NCBI GenBank assembly: GCA_964658305.1
Contig: OZ210885.1
Span: forward strand, 17,980,001 to 18,044,000
DNA length: 64,000 bases
Direction: 5' to 3'
From: Leptogorgia sarmentosa
Lineage: Eukaryota
Position numbers and translations under genes: made by a program. Shown piece after piece: positions 23,857-36,600 of this stretch. The stretch's first letter is position 1. Every line of letters begins with the position of its first letter. The notes below the pieces were generated by a model. The model was not told the DNA's origin. It searched no databases and saw only the letters and a list, made by a program, of their open reading frames with translations.

Positions 23857-26800
23857 TCACTCTTGTTCATTTCCACACTCAATGTTTGCATTACATGTAG
23901 ATGCTTGTAGTGGAAATTGTCTGAAAAGCATTTCCTTAAAATTTTCTTTAATCTTGTTCTGTCCTCTTTCATTAACATCCAGACATTCCTCTGGAATAGC
24001 AGTCAGTTCAACCAAAGTTTTTGTATTATGTGGATACAGCTTGACTTCCTTTCTTTGTGCATTCGTAAGCCACTTATTTTGTAATGCAAACCAGGCAACT
24101 TTGATCCTGTCTGGCATTGGATTTGGGACAGAAGATTTTCCATCTTTGTTTGTATCACAATTTTTTTGGTAAATAGATTTGATATGTTCAAGGAGTTCAA
24201 TGTTCATACACATTTTTTCCAGCATTTCTAACGTTGTTTGCTTCCGTCCATACAGTTTTATTGGCTTGACTACAAATGTCTCCATGTACTCATCAATTGC
24301 GAAGTTGTGTCCATATTTTCCTTTGGCATTGACTGTGCAATTACGGCGAAACATTTCACGGTAAGCTAGAGGCCAAAGTGCAGTGAAATTTATGATATGC
24401 ACAAAAGCTTCATTCTTGTAGTTTTTTTTGTTAAATGCAGCAAATAAAGGCAACATCTCAAACCAGCAGGCCTCTCTTGCTTTTCCATTACCAATCCTGA
24501 TTGCTTCATGAAATTTAAACAAAAGCGATCCAAACTTAGTGAGAAACAAGTAAAAGTACTCAAAAACTTTGTCGTCTTTCCTGTTGTCTTCCAACCATTC
24601 TTTGAAACATTTTAGCATCAAGTTACTATCATCGTTTTCTTCAGAGACTGTAGGAAACTTATCTGATGACTGAAGTTCCTTGACACAACCATCATGACAC
24701 CCCAATAAAAATCTGTTAAGGCATTGAAGTTTCTTTGAAAATTTCCTTCCTTGAAAATTCCAACAAAGGAATTTGGTGTTACTTTAACTCTGTTGAGCAC
24801 CTGCTTTGCAACATAGTAAAATCCTCCAGGTCCAATTATTCTGGCAATGCATTGCATAATGTAACCTTGTGTATGGAAATCGCCTGGTGTCTCAGTAAAA
24901 GCACCAAATTCGTCGGGGGATCTGTTTCGGACCCCACGAATAGTCATGGTTGTCTTTACATCCCCTACAGTTATGACCTTTTCCCGGCCAGTAGATTTTT
25001 CTGTCCCTGGAGATGTCAACGCAGCTTCGTGTTGCATTTCAACTTCATTGTTATCATCTAATAACAGAAAAACTGATGTTTTCATGGCCTCTGTTTCTGA
25101 TTCTTTTACCATTAATAAATTACAGATTGACTCATTTCCAATTAATTTTGCAAACTGAATTGGGGCTGGTATGTTCCCAGGAAATGTTCCATCACATCTT
25201 GCTCCATAACTATATAAAAAGCAAAACATACCACTTGATAAATTAAATTAAATTAATAGGCAATACTATTGATATTGATATTGTATCTATAGCTATTGAA
25301 ATATGTATCTATGTACATGATAACATATGTCCTTAGCATTTACATACCAAAGTAATATTTGCACCATGTCAATGTTATTGTTGTTTATTGCTATCATTAA
25401 AGGTGTCACTCCACAACCCTCTGGTGAATTTACTGGAGCTCCTGCAAGAAGAAGTGATTCCACTAACTGCTTGTTTCCATCTTCAACTGCCAAATGAAGA
25501 ATGTTGCGTTCATACCCGTCTACTAGCCCAATCCATTCAGAATTATGTACTTTAATTGCTGAGTATGCATCAGAAATGCTTTTATCTTGGACTAACAAGT
25601 TCAGCATATGCAATAGTTGTGACATCTTAGTTGAAATTTGTTTCATTTTGCTCCTGAATTTCGACTCAATTACCACATTAGGTACATCAGCAAGGTTTTC
25701 CTGTTCATCACTGTCTCCTCCTTCTTCGAATCAGCGTGGCGTTTCAAAACTTTTTCTTAATGCTCCCATTTCTTTGTCATGGTTATCCAATTCCTTGTAG
25801 AAAAGGTATCTTTCCCTTGCCGCTTTGATATTGAATTTCTTTTCTTTTGTATTGAATACAACATATTCTTGATCTTTCGAACTTTGAATGTTTAAATCTA
25901 TCGCAAATTCTTTAAGAACATTTGCAGTACCACATGTTTTAACTTCATCTTCCAGGGACAAAGGTAAGATCATAACTTTTGTCTTCAGCCCTGTAGTTGC
26001 AGGGTATTGTGGTTTAACATGGGGGACATATATGTTGTAATTTGTGTTAGCATGATCATAATCTTCTTTCTTAAGGTAGTCCATGATCTCTTCCTCAGTC
26101 ATATTACATAATTCCTCTTTGTTTTTATTTAAAGAAATTCCTACTTTAATACCTTCAAGTAAAACCCTGTCTGTACCATCACTTGAAATTTTCAACAACT
26201 CGTCCTGTTTTTCTGTGAAAATTTAAAAAAATGACTTAGACTCAAGGAAAGAAAATATTGTGTAGTCTGTTTTTAGGCTGTCACTATTGAAACACTCCTG
26301 ATTAATATATTTGACCTGTATATAAAGGCCTAAAATGTATTTAGAGTTGAACAGCTATACATGTAGTAAAGTAGTCAACTAACCTAGCTGGACATCTTCA
26401 AGTTTGATATCCTTTAGTAACTTCTGCGGCTCAGATGCAGTTTTGGTGTCTTCAAACAAGTGCCTTACTTTATCTATCCAAGGCTTAATGACTGCTTTGC
26501 CAGTAAAATTCCACATGATTGGAACTGTTCTTCCCTTTAGTCTTGCATGACGAGCTCTTCCTTTATGAATATTGATATTATCATAGGCAAGAATAATTGG
26601 GCAGGAATCAGGAAATGTTGTGGGTATTATGTTTTTGTAATTTTCCCTTCTTCTCCCCGAAAAATGTCGACTAAAATAGAAGAAAAAATTATGTAATTAA
26701 ATATTTATCAGGGAAGGAGAGTATAGACAGAGATATAGAGTGCATGACGAGGTGATCACTATCCTCTAGCAGAAAAGGAGATGCAACTGCTGGGTGCTGA

Positions 26801-28532
26801 TGTAGTTGACTGTGTATTAGGTTGTTTTATGTCTTGGTGTATGTACATATTGTCTTGCATAGTTGATATAGTTGGTGTTCAATTGCCTAACAATAACCTC
26901 CGGCATCAATTAACTAACAGTGATGTCAATGACATGCACTTACTAAAAATCATAGCTTTTGCAGAGGCCAAATGGTTCCAAGGCCTGAATCACCGCTTTT
27001 CCAGCACCATGAGAAATAAGCAAGATCCCAAACAGAGTAGAAAACTCTGTGTATGTCCTCTGGCTTTTTATATCATCCAAAGCCAGTATCATCTGAAGGG
27101 CAACCTTAAATTTGTAGTGTTGGTTCTTTTTACCTTTGTTATATTTAGACCATTTTCCAACTGCGAGTGTCTCTATTATATCTGTTAATACAGGACAATG
27201 ATTTCGTACATCATTGGCAAAACTGTCAAAGGTAGTTTCCTCAACAATAGCATGTAGATCTTCGCTGTTGGTCATGTCCAGAACCCTTACTTTACAAATA
27301 TCCTTAAATTTTGTAAGTTCAACTTCCAGGACTGCTTTATTCAAGCCTTCTGGTTCACTATCATTGTGTTGCTGGTTTCCATCATCCTTGCCATCCTCAT
27401 TGTCATCTCCAAGAAAACAAAATACCAAGTCTCCTGCACTTTCTTCATTTATCGAACTATCCTGAAACAGTGTCCTTTGTGCTCCTACTTTATGATCCTT
27501 ATGTGATTGGCTTTCAGTTGTGCAGTTTACTTTTTGTTTCAACTCAGTGTTTTCTTTTATTACTGGTGAAATATTTAGCATTAAACTCTCTCGAACTGCT
27601 TCTAATACATCTTCACCCAAATCTGGTTTTGTTTTCTTCAAATGAGTCTTTTTACACTGCTCCACAGGGAGTCACAGGTTGCTAATTTTGCAATATTCAC
27701 AAACTGAGTTCTAAAATTATTTGACATTGTTGTCAAGGAGCATCACTCAACAGAAAGACAGTATAATTATAATAGTGAATATTCTAAGGTGGTAATTGAA
27801 GGAATTATGTATAATCCTTAAATTACCTTTTATTAACTTTTTAAAAATTCACTTTAATTACATGAAGGAAGTGCCCATCATTTCACATATAATTAGTAAC
27901 TTTATTATATTATAAGTATTAGGCAATTTTAAATAAAACTAATAATATTTGATCATGAATTAAAAACTACAACTGCTGTAAAGGATACATTCTTTGCCTC
28001 TTGTCTATCCCATTTTCTCTTGTTCCAATACGGGTAACCTCTTTGTTTATTTTTCCAATTTTCTGTACAGCTTTAAATGCTTGCACTTTTGTAATTTGGT
28101 AACCAACTGCTCTTTCAAGTACTTCTATTACATCTGATTGTGAGAGACAGCTACCTTCCAAAAAAGCAAACCTTGTGCTTACTGCTTCCACCAAGGATGC
28201 TGAAAAAGAAAATAAGGTGAATTTAATACCAAATGTGCCTAATGTACATTTAACAGCAATACACTAATGAATGAATGTCCCTCACCTGGTAGCATTGGTT
28301 TAAGTTTTTTCTTTGACTTTCGAAAACTTGGGCTTGGGGTGAAGCTTGGCTTTCTTTTTGCAGAAGCATGTTTGTCTGTTGGTTTTAATATAATGTATTA
28401 ACCATTTAATGTGAGTACTACGAGTTATATGCATTGTTAAATATTGGCCTTGTATTTCGGATATAAAATTAAAAAATAATCGTACTTGGAGTGAGAGGGC
28501 TTGGACGAACTGTATCTTGGACGAACTGACCA
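23857..28532 (-). pseudogene. AcademH (DUF6589-like) transposase with embedded ankyrin repeats, about 6 exons
   Basis: LAYDNINIH (~26580), TVGDVKT, PGDFHTQ, GNGKAR...KKNYKNEA and VNAKGKYGHNFAIDEYME. Ankyrin repeats at ~25530-25150. In-frame stop at 25731 and a frameshift near 24700. Confidence 0.8.
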
Positions 28533-30008
28533 TCTTTAGACGAACAAGCTTCTACATATAATAGATCAACAAGAGTTCCAAAAAACAACCACAAGAAACA
28601 ATCTGTTTAGGCTACGTCACCAGGCTATCCGCTATGGCATTTGAATATGTAAAACAATATAATTTATGGAAAATGTGAAACCGTGCCAGCGTAACATAAT
28701 CTTCGCACAAGACACTTGAAACCATGAATAATTGAGTGTCAAATATAATACGGAAGGAAACGTCATAACATGCTGAGAATACATAAAAACGTACATACCT
28801 GCAGCCATGATGAACAGCACTGACGAACCTCCTCACAAGCGCACATTCCAGTGGGCGCGATCGCTTTGGAATGAATTTGGATATGCTACGTGATGGTCTG
28901 CTAGTGGGGCAGCTTTGGGGCAAACTTTGATTTGGGAAATCTACTAGGCCTTCTATTTTTCCCTCTCCTCCCGCCCCTTACACGCCCCCTTTTTCTCATT
29001 CCCAGGCTCCTATGAGTACAGGCTCATCAAAAATTCGAAAAATAGAAGGCTAGGTCTAGGCTGGAATGCCATATAAAGATTAAGAAACTAAAAGATCTTG
29101 TTGAAAAGAAAGAAGAAACTCGTGATTCAAAAGCTACATTGAATCGAAAAGAAAAAAAAAACAAGCTCGAAAAGTCCCTTGAAGTACTCAACAAAGGTTT
29201 CAAGGAAGTTGCAGAAAAGGAAACAGAAAGGTTTTTAAAACTTGAAGAGATGCGTCACAAGCGAGACTTGGAATACCAGCTTAAAATTAGAGAGCTTGAA
29301 AATCAAAGAAGAAGAGAGGAAAGACAGCATGAGCTTGCAATTTTTCAGCTTCTTGCACAACAACCACAGCAATCCAGATACACCCCTCCAGGTGTACATT
29401 TTGCAAATCCTTTTCAAGGTTTTCAAGACAGAAACTATACAGCAGACAATATGAGTGTTTCTGGAAGCAGTATTAGTGATAGTGATACTCCTTACTATCA
29501 CCAGTTGTAATATAACACAAATAGCTGAGCTAAATTTGTTCAAACTTTGATATTGACTCTATTCAAATGTTAACTTTTATCTTACCAGGTTATTCAACAA
29601 TTCAAATCTGGGTGTACAATTCAAATTTGGGTGCTCGTATGTTGGATTTAAACACTTAAAAGCCATGGAATAGTTAATTTAACTTTTACATTATCTTTAA
29701 AAAGATTACAGTTTATTGGCTAAAGTTTCATATTTGCTATTATTACTGAATACATTTATTTATATTTACTCCAATACAGTACATTGTGAATGTAGCAATT
29801 ACATGCATGTAATGGATCCACATACAATTGAGCAAATGTATGAGAAAAAAATTAATGTGAAAGTGCTTACAAACCAACCACTGTGCAAAACTTTGACAAA
29901 CAGTTCCATCATTTTTGAACTTTGAAATTGGCCCTTTAATTAATCTACAATGGCACAGTTTAATGGCATTTAAGCTAAAAATGCATTACTTTGTTACTGT
30001 TAGCTATT

Positions 30009-30629
30009 TTACTCCCCTCCTGTACCACGATTACTGCCTTCACGTGTTGTAAAATAAACAGCAATAATTTCCCTAATTTCTGCCGCATCAGTCTCAGTTT
30101 GATAGACTGTTTGGTACCTTGGTATATTATCTGGCTGTTCATCAGCACCAGCAATGGCTTCCAACCATTCCTCTAGGAAATCGTCTTTTCTTAATTCGCA
30201 AATATTGTGAATAATACATGAAGCAAGCACAACATACCTTAGTACATCAACATCCGTACCCACACGTTTTAGAAATCTGCGAAAACAGCCTTTCCAACGC
30301 CCAAATGTATTTTCAACTGTCATGCGAGCTCTGCTGAGACGGTAGTTGAAATGCCGCTGCCTATAAGGTGTATTTGGATTTTCTGGGTATCCTTTCATTA
30401 ACCAGTTCAAAAATGGATAAACTGGATCTCCTAGTATCAATGGTCGTATATGGCAGCCAAGTATGGTTTGCTTAATATTTGAATCAAAAAGCTCCTCTTT
30501 AATACCTAAATCATACAGTTTGGAATTTGAGAGCACTCGTGCATCATGCACGCTGCCGAGCCAGCCGACCACGATGTCTCGGAACATATATCTTGAGTCT
30601 ACTACAGCTTGCATCACAACACTATGGTA
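30009..30629 (-). pseudogene. Harbinger #2 transposase, C-terminal half
   Basis: HSVVMQAVVD, GSVHDARV, LGDPVYP, ARMTVENTFGRWKG, CIIHNIC. Confidence 0.9.
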
Positions 30630-32022
30630 TGTAGATCCTATCTACATGTACCGAAGTTCACACTCACAGGGTTGTCTTTTTATACGCGGTTTTCTATTAA
30701 ATATGAATTAAATATAAATATATAATTATGTACAATGAGAAATAAAGTAAGTAATATAAATAACCCACCGAACTGTTCACGAAACTCGCCTAACTACAAC
30801 CCTAATACACTCTTCATCCAACGTGTTCTACAACGTTCCAAAAACGTCAATCTTCGTCTTGAGCCTGCGATATCGTGAATCTAAACACTTCATTTAACCT
30901 AGTTCTACTGGACGGTAGCTACACCTGCCCCTAAATCAAACGTTCGCAAATTTGATTTACCTACTTATAGTAAGGCTACCGTCCGATTTAATATCAACTT
31001 TAACTGTTCACTTTAGTATATACATCCTCCTTCTTCTTATTCACAATCCATTTCTAACAGACACAACTTCGTCACAGGGCGTACCAGGAACGCGCTGGTC
31101 GTGCTCATTTCTCTTCTTTTCTTCTTCTTCGAGTAAGTGGCTACTGTTGAAGAGGTTCTAACCTTTGCTACGCGAACCAATCCATCAGCACCTGCATAGG
31201 TCTCCACTACCAGCGCCAATGGCCAGCTGCCTCTGGGGTAGTTGTCGTCAGCTAGCAATACTACGTCTCCGACACGGATGTTCCTTCTCTTAAAGTTCCA
31301 TTTCTGCCGTTCCAGGAGGGTAGGGAGGTACTCGCTTGTCCACCTACGCCAGAACACTTGTGCCAAATATTGTGCTTGTCTCCAGGCGCGCTTTACGTAC
31401 AAATCGCTCTTCTCAAATGTGCCAGGTGGTAGAACCGGACACGGTCGAAGATGTAATAAATGGTTCGGCGTGATGGGATTCTCGTCCCTATGGTCATCAC
31501 TGTTACAAGTCAACGGTCGCGAATTGATCATGTACACCGCTTCGGCCATGAACGTGGAAAGGACCTCGTCACTTACAACCTGTTGCTTGAGGGTTGCCTT
31601 TAATACTTGTCGCACCGTCCGAATCATCCTTTCCCAAACTCCACCTTTGTGGCTCGAAGCTGGGGGATTGAATACCCACTCGATTTGTTTCTTCAAACAG
31701 AATTCTCTAACTTTCCGGTTCTTGAGCAATCTTACACATTCTTCTAATTCCTTACTCGCTGCTGTGAAATTTGTACCTTGATCGCTCCTTATTTTCTCAG
31801 GACAGCCACGAATAGAAATGAATCTTCTAAGCGCATTGATCATAGAGTCCACGTCAAGTGAGTGGGCAATTTCCATGTGAACGGCACGAATTGCCAGGCA
31901 CGTGAATATGCAGCCGTATCGTTTCACGGTACACCGTCCTTGTTTAACCTCGAAAGGGCCGAAGAAATCGATGCCAACGTACGAAAAGGGTGGTTTTTCT
32001 GGTGTCAGTCGGTCACTCGGTA
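30630..32022 (-). mobile_element. BEL/Pao LTR retrotransposon 3' end: integrase, PPT, 294-bp 3' LTR
   Basis: PPFSYVGIDFFGP, IRSDQGTNF, GGVWERMI, FWRRWTSEYL, RPVTKLCLL. PPT (TTTAGGGGCAGG on -) at 30924-30935. LTR TGTAG..CTACA at 30630-30923. Confidence 0.9.
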
Positions 32023-33674
32023 CGACATGAGCAGAGCATGATGCCAACCTAGACAACTGTCTCCATCGTTTGACAAGTAAAGGATTGACATTAAACCGAG
32101 GAAAATGTGTGTTCCTAAGCAACACACTTGAATTCTTTGGACAGATATTTTCATAAGATGGCATTCGTTCTGTTCCGAAGCGTGTTACGGACTTACTTGA
32201 TGCGCCCAGACCTGCAAACATCAGTGAGGTAAGAAGTCTACTAGGGATGGCTAACTACAGCAGCCAGTATATCCCTGACTTTGCTACACTTACTGCCCCA
32301 CTTCGCGAACTAACCAAAAAGAACATACAGTTTGAGTGGAATACCTCTCATGAGCATAGTTTTAAAAAACTTACAGCAGCATTAGCCACATCCCCTTGTA
32401 TGGCTTATTTCGACAAGGATAAGCAAACATCCGTTGTTGTGGACGCGAGTCCTGTTGGACTTTCTGCCATCTTATCCCAAAATACACCCGGACATGATGA
32501 CCATAAGGTCATATCGTATGCAAGCCGCGCCTTGACTGATCCCGAAAAGCGCTATTCCCAAACCGAAAAGGGACCGCTAGCCATAGTGTGGTCAGTAGAA
32601 CACTTTCATCTGTTTTTGTATGGTGGACATTTTAACCTGATCACTGACCACAAACCGTTGGGAGTGATTTATGGAAAAAAAAACATGGAAAGCATCTGCC
32701 AGAATCAAACGCTGGATTTTGCGTCTCCAGCCATATAGCTTGACAATTATATATAAGTCCGGTGCCGAGAATCCTGCCGACTATTTATTGCGACATCCTA
32801 CAGCAAAGAGTGTCCGGAAACAAGAGAAAATGACAGAAACGTACATACACTTCCTTGTAGACTCCAGCATTCCGAAGTCTATGACGCTTGAGGAGGTTAT
32901 CAAAGCCACAAATGAGGACAGGACACTAAAGGGTTTGCGTGCTGCGATACGACTCAACAAATGGGATTCTCCAGTTGTGAAAGAGTATAAACATGTCAAA
33001 GATGAACTTTCCGTTTCGTCACACGGACTTGTCTTACGGGGAACTCGGATTGTCGTGCCACAAAGTCTTCGCCAGCGAGCTATTGAGATTGCGCATGAGT
33101 CCCACCTGGGCATACAGAAAACGAAAGCCCTGGTTCGTGAAAAGGTATGGTTTCCCCAGATAGATAAAGTGGTGAAGCACACTATAGAAAAATGTGTTAC
33201 ATGTCAAGCGGTTTCACGTCCAAACCCACCAGCACCACTTGCCATGACCCAAATGCCAACGTCGCAATGGGAGATATTGAACGTAGACTTTTATGGGCCT
33301 CTCCCGACAGGCGAATACCTGCTAGTAGTCATGGATCGTTACTCACAATTCCCTGAGGTGGAAATCGTCAGTTCCACCAAAGCCTCCGTGGTAATTCCCA
33401 GGCTTGATAAAATATTTGCAGTACATGGTATCCCACCGATACTTAGATCAGATAATGGCCCTCTGTTCAACGGAGAAGAATATTCCCGTTATTTACGTAC
33501 ATTGGGCATTAAAGCCGAATTTTCCACCCCAAAGTGGCCCCAAGGAAACACAATCGTGGAACGCTTTATGCGGCCTTTGGGTAAAGCCCTAAAGACTGCA
33601 AAGCTCGATGGTCGCCCATGGCGACAAGAACTCCAGCGATTCTTGTTGTACTACCGCACAACACCACATAGTAC

Positions 33675-36600
33675 TAGTGCGTAATGAACATTCCAGTTAG
33701 GCCAAATTTACTCGTACATTACACCGCTCACTGCGCCAAATCGTAAGTAAAGACCTTCCCGCCATTTTATTGAACGACAATATATACTGCATTTACCATG
33801 CCGAGAATTCGACGCCCCTATCTCGAGTGCACATACGAGACCGAAGACGTCACCGATGGTCTTGCCGCCGTCCTCTTATCCGTGCATTTGTCAGGCACGC
33901 ACAATATCCCGGCTCAAACAACTAACACAAACCCGGCGCCGACCCCCACGACCACAGCGAGAGTCGAAAAGGTACGTCGGCCTACCGTGACCGTGCTGCG
34001 GGCTCTAGCGAGGATTGGGCATATTTCCTCACCCGATGGCAAGACTACGTCGAGGCCACTCAAATCGAAGGGAGAGACCTAATAATACAACTGCTAGAAT
34101 GCTGCGACGAGCAGCTCCGAAAGGACTTGACTCGAAATGCTGGAGGCTCCCTCACAAACAAGACGGCCGATGCAGTCTTGGCTGCAATTAAAAAACTCGC
34201 TGTCAGAGAAGAAAACACGATGGTCGCTCGCGTTTAATTACACAACATGCGCCAAGACAGAGACGAGACGATTCGCAGTTTCGGCGCCCGACTACGCGGC
34301 CAGGCAGGTGTCTGTAAATTCCATGTTCAATGCACTAACTGTGAGCATGATGTAAACTACACCGAGCAAATCATCCGCGATGTCGTCACCCGAGGCCTCG
34401 CTGACAGTGAGATCCAGTTGGACTTGCTCGGCGACCCCAATCAGGATATGACACTGGAAGCAGTCCTTCAGTTCGTGGAAGCCAAAGAGGCAGGAAAAAG
34501 ATCTGCGGGGCGCCTCTTCGAAAACCAAGGAATTAACGCGTCACGCAGTCAGTACCGCCGCCACAAGCAGGATGACTTAAAGAGCAAAGATGAGACATGC
34601 AATTATTGTGGCAAGCGTGGCCATGGCAAAAACGCCCCTCCGGGTGTAAGAAAAACCACCTGCCCAGCCTATGGCAAAACATGCAACCACTGTCATCGCC
34701 TACACCACCTTGATACCGTCTGCCGTAGCAAAACCAAGCCACCTGCGCCACCCCCACATAACCACACTACCACGGTCGAAGGAGCCGTTTTTGACAACCT
34801 ATGCAGCCTCACCGGCCCCAAAGACAGAAAGGACCACCGCACCATCACCTTGGACCACCATCTAAGCGATCGATGGGTGCGCAAACCGTCGAAGCCTCAA
34901 CCATTCCTGACCCTCACAGCCACAGTCAAACTCGAGGACTACCAAGCCCTTGGATTCAAGCTTACTGCTACCGATCTGAAGCCCACCCAAGTATCCGTTA
35001 TGGCTGACACCGGCTGTCAAAGTTGCCTTGCCAGCATGCGAGTTCTACAATGCCTCGGCCTGACCAAACGTGACCTCATTCCAGTAACGATGCACATGTA
35101 CGCCGCTAACAACCACGGTATCCAGATCCTTGGTGCTGCCAAGTCAAACTCGAGGACTACCAAGCCCTTGGATTCAAGCTTACTGCTACCGATCTGAAGC
35201 CCACCCAAGTATCCGTTATGGCTGACACCGGCTGTCAAAGTTGCCTTGCCAGCATGCGAGTTCTACAATGCCTCGGCCTGACCAAACGTGACCTCATTCC
35301 AGTAACGATGCACATGTACGCCGCTAACAACCACGGTATCCAGATCCATGGTGCTGCCATCGTGCGATTCTCTGGCCCCTCAACATCCGGGAGCATACTC
35401 GAAACGCGCCAGATAACGTACATCACGAATGATCCCGACAAAGCCTTCTTGAGCAGAGAGGCATGCACAGCCCTAGGACTCATCTCTCAGGACTTTCCCA
35501 CGGTCAGCGAAGCCGTCGCTCAGCTGACCACCCAGAATTCAGCACAGCAATCACCCACGGCTACCCCCACATCCACGACACCCAACCACACCTACCCCCA
35601 CATCCACGACACCCAACCACACCACCGCGCCTTGCACTTGCCCACATCGCCAACTGCCCCCGCCCAAACCTACTCGATTACCCATACCAGCATTGGATGC
35701 TAACCGAGGACCTCTGGAGGCTTGGCTCTGCAACTACTACGGCTCCAGCACGTTCAACACATGTGAATACCAGCCATTGCCCCTGATGGAGGGCAAGCCG
35801 ATGCGTTTGATGGTCGACCCCAACGCCGAACCGACCGCCCACCACACACCAATTCCAGTACCACTGCATTGGCAATCCCAGGTCAAGGCCGGCCTTGACC
35901 AGGATGTTGCGCTAGGTGTCCTTGAGCCGGTACCAGTCGGCGAGCCAGTGACCTGGTGCCATCGCATGGTTGTGTGCGCGAAGAAAAATGGCAAACCCAG
36001 ACGCACTGTTGATTTCCAAGCCCTAAACCTCCACGCGACCCGAGAGACCCACCATACCCAGAGCCCATTCCACCAAGTCCGCTCCATCCCTAGTGGCAAA
36101 AAGAAATCCGTCTTCGACTGTTGGAATGGCTATCACAGCGTCCCCCTCCACCCGGACGACCGCCACCTCACGACCTTTATCACCTCCTGGGGCAGGTACC
36201 GATACAAAACTGCACCGCAAGGCTATATTGCCTCCGGCGATGGATACTCACGACGTTTTGACGAAATTGTCTCCCACATCCCCAACAAGACCATGGTCAT
36301 TGACGATACCCTCCTCTGGGCGGATGACTTGGCAGGCAGTTTCCACCAAGCAGTCGACTGGCTAGACATCTGTGGCCGCCATGGTATCGTCCTGAACCCT
36401 GACAAGTTCGTCTTTGGCCAAGACAACGTTGAATTCGCAGGCTTCAAGATCACCCCCACCAACGTTCGGCCCTGCGCGCGCTACCTCGATGCCATCCGCC
36501 AATTCCCAACTCCGTCCAACATCACGGACATACGATCTTGGTTCGGCCTCATCAACCATGTATCCTACGCCTTTGCTGCCTCAGCCCACATGCAACTGTT

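Larger units (their letters stand above)
21263..29063. mobile_element. AcademH-type DNA transposon, 7.8 kb
   Basis: Perfect 15-bp TIR CAGCCTAGACCTAGC. 9-bp TSD GAATGCCAT at 21254-21262 and 29064-29072. Convergent RecQ-like helicase and DUF6589-like transposase genes. Confidence 0.88.
20357..29510 (+). pseudogene. Harbinger #2 Myb/SANT-like gene, split by the AcademH insertion
   Basis: FIWSDENVSELL..., IINKWKKLKQQY...PWKFFDDMD. Removing 21263-29072 restores the frame (DKDECH|IKIKKL...LNRKEKK). Confidence 0.85.
20057..30629. mobile_element. PIF/Harbinger transposon #2, right end lost
   Basis: TAA|AGCCCCATTTACACT terminus. Myb/SANT gene (+) and transposase 3' half (-) are convergent. Cut by a BEL LTR at 30630. 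Confidence 0.85.

Noticed and set aside
31037..32221. 394-aa ORF as one protein
   Set aside because: It is chimeric: the first ~65 codons are antisense Gypsy RT fused at the rearrangement junction.
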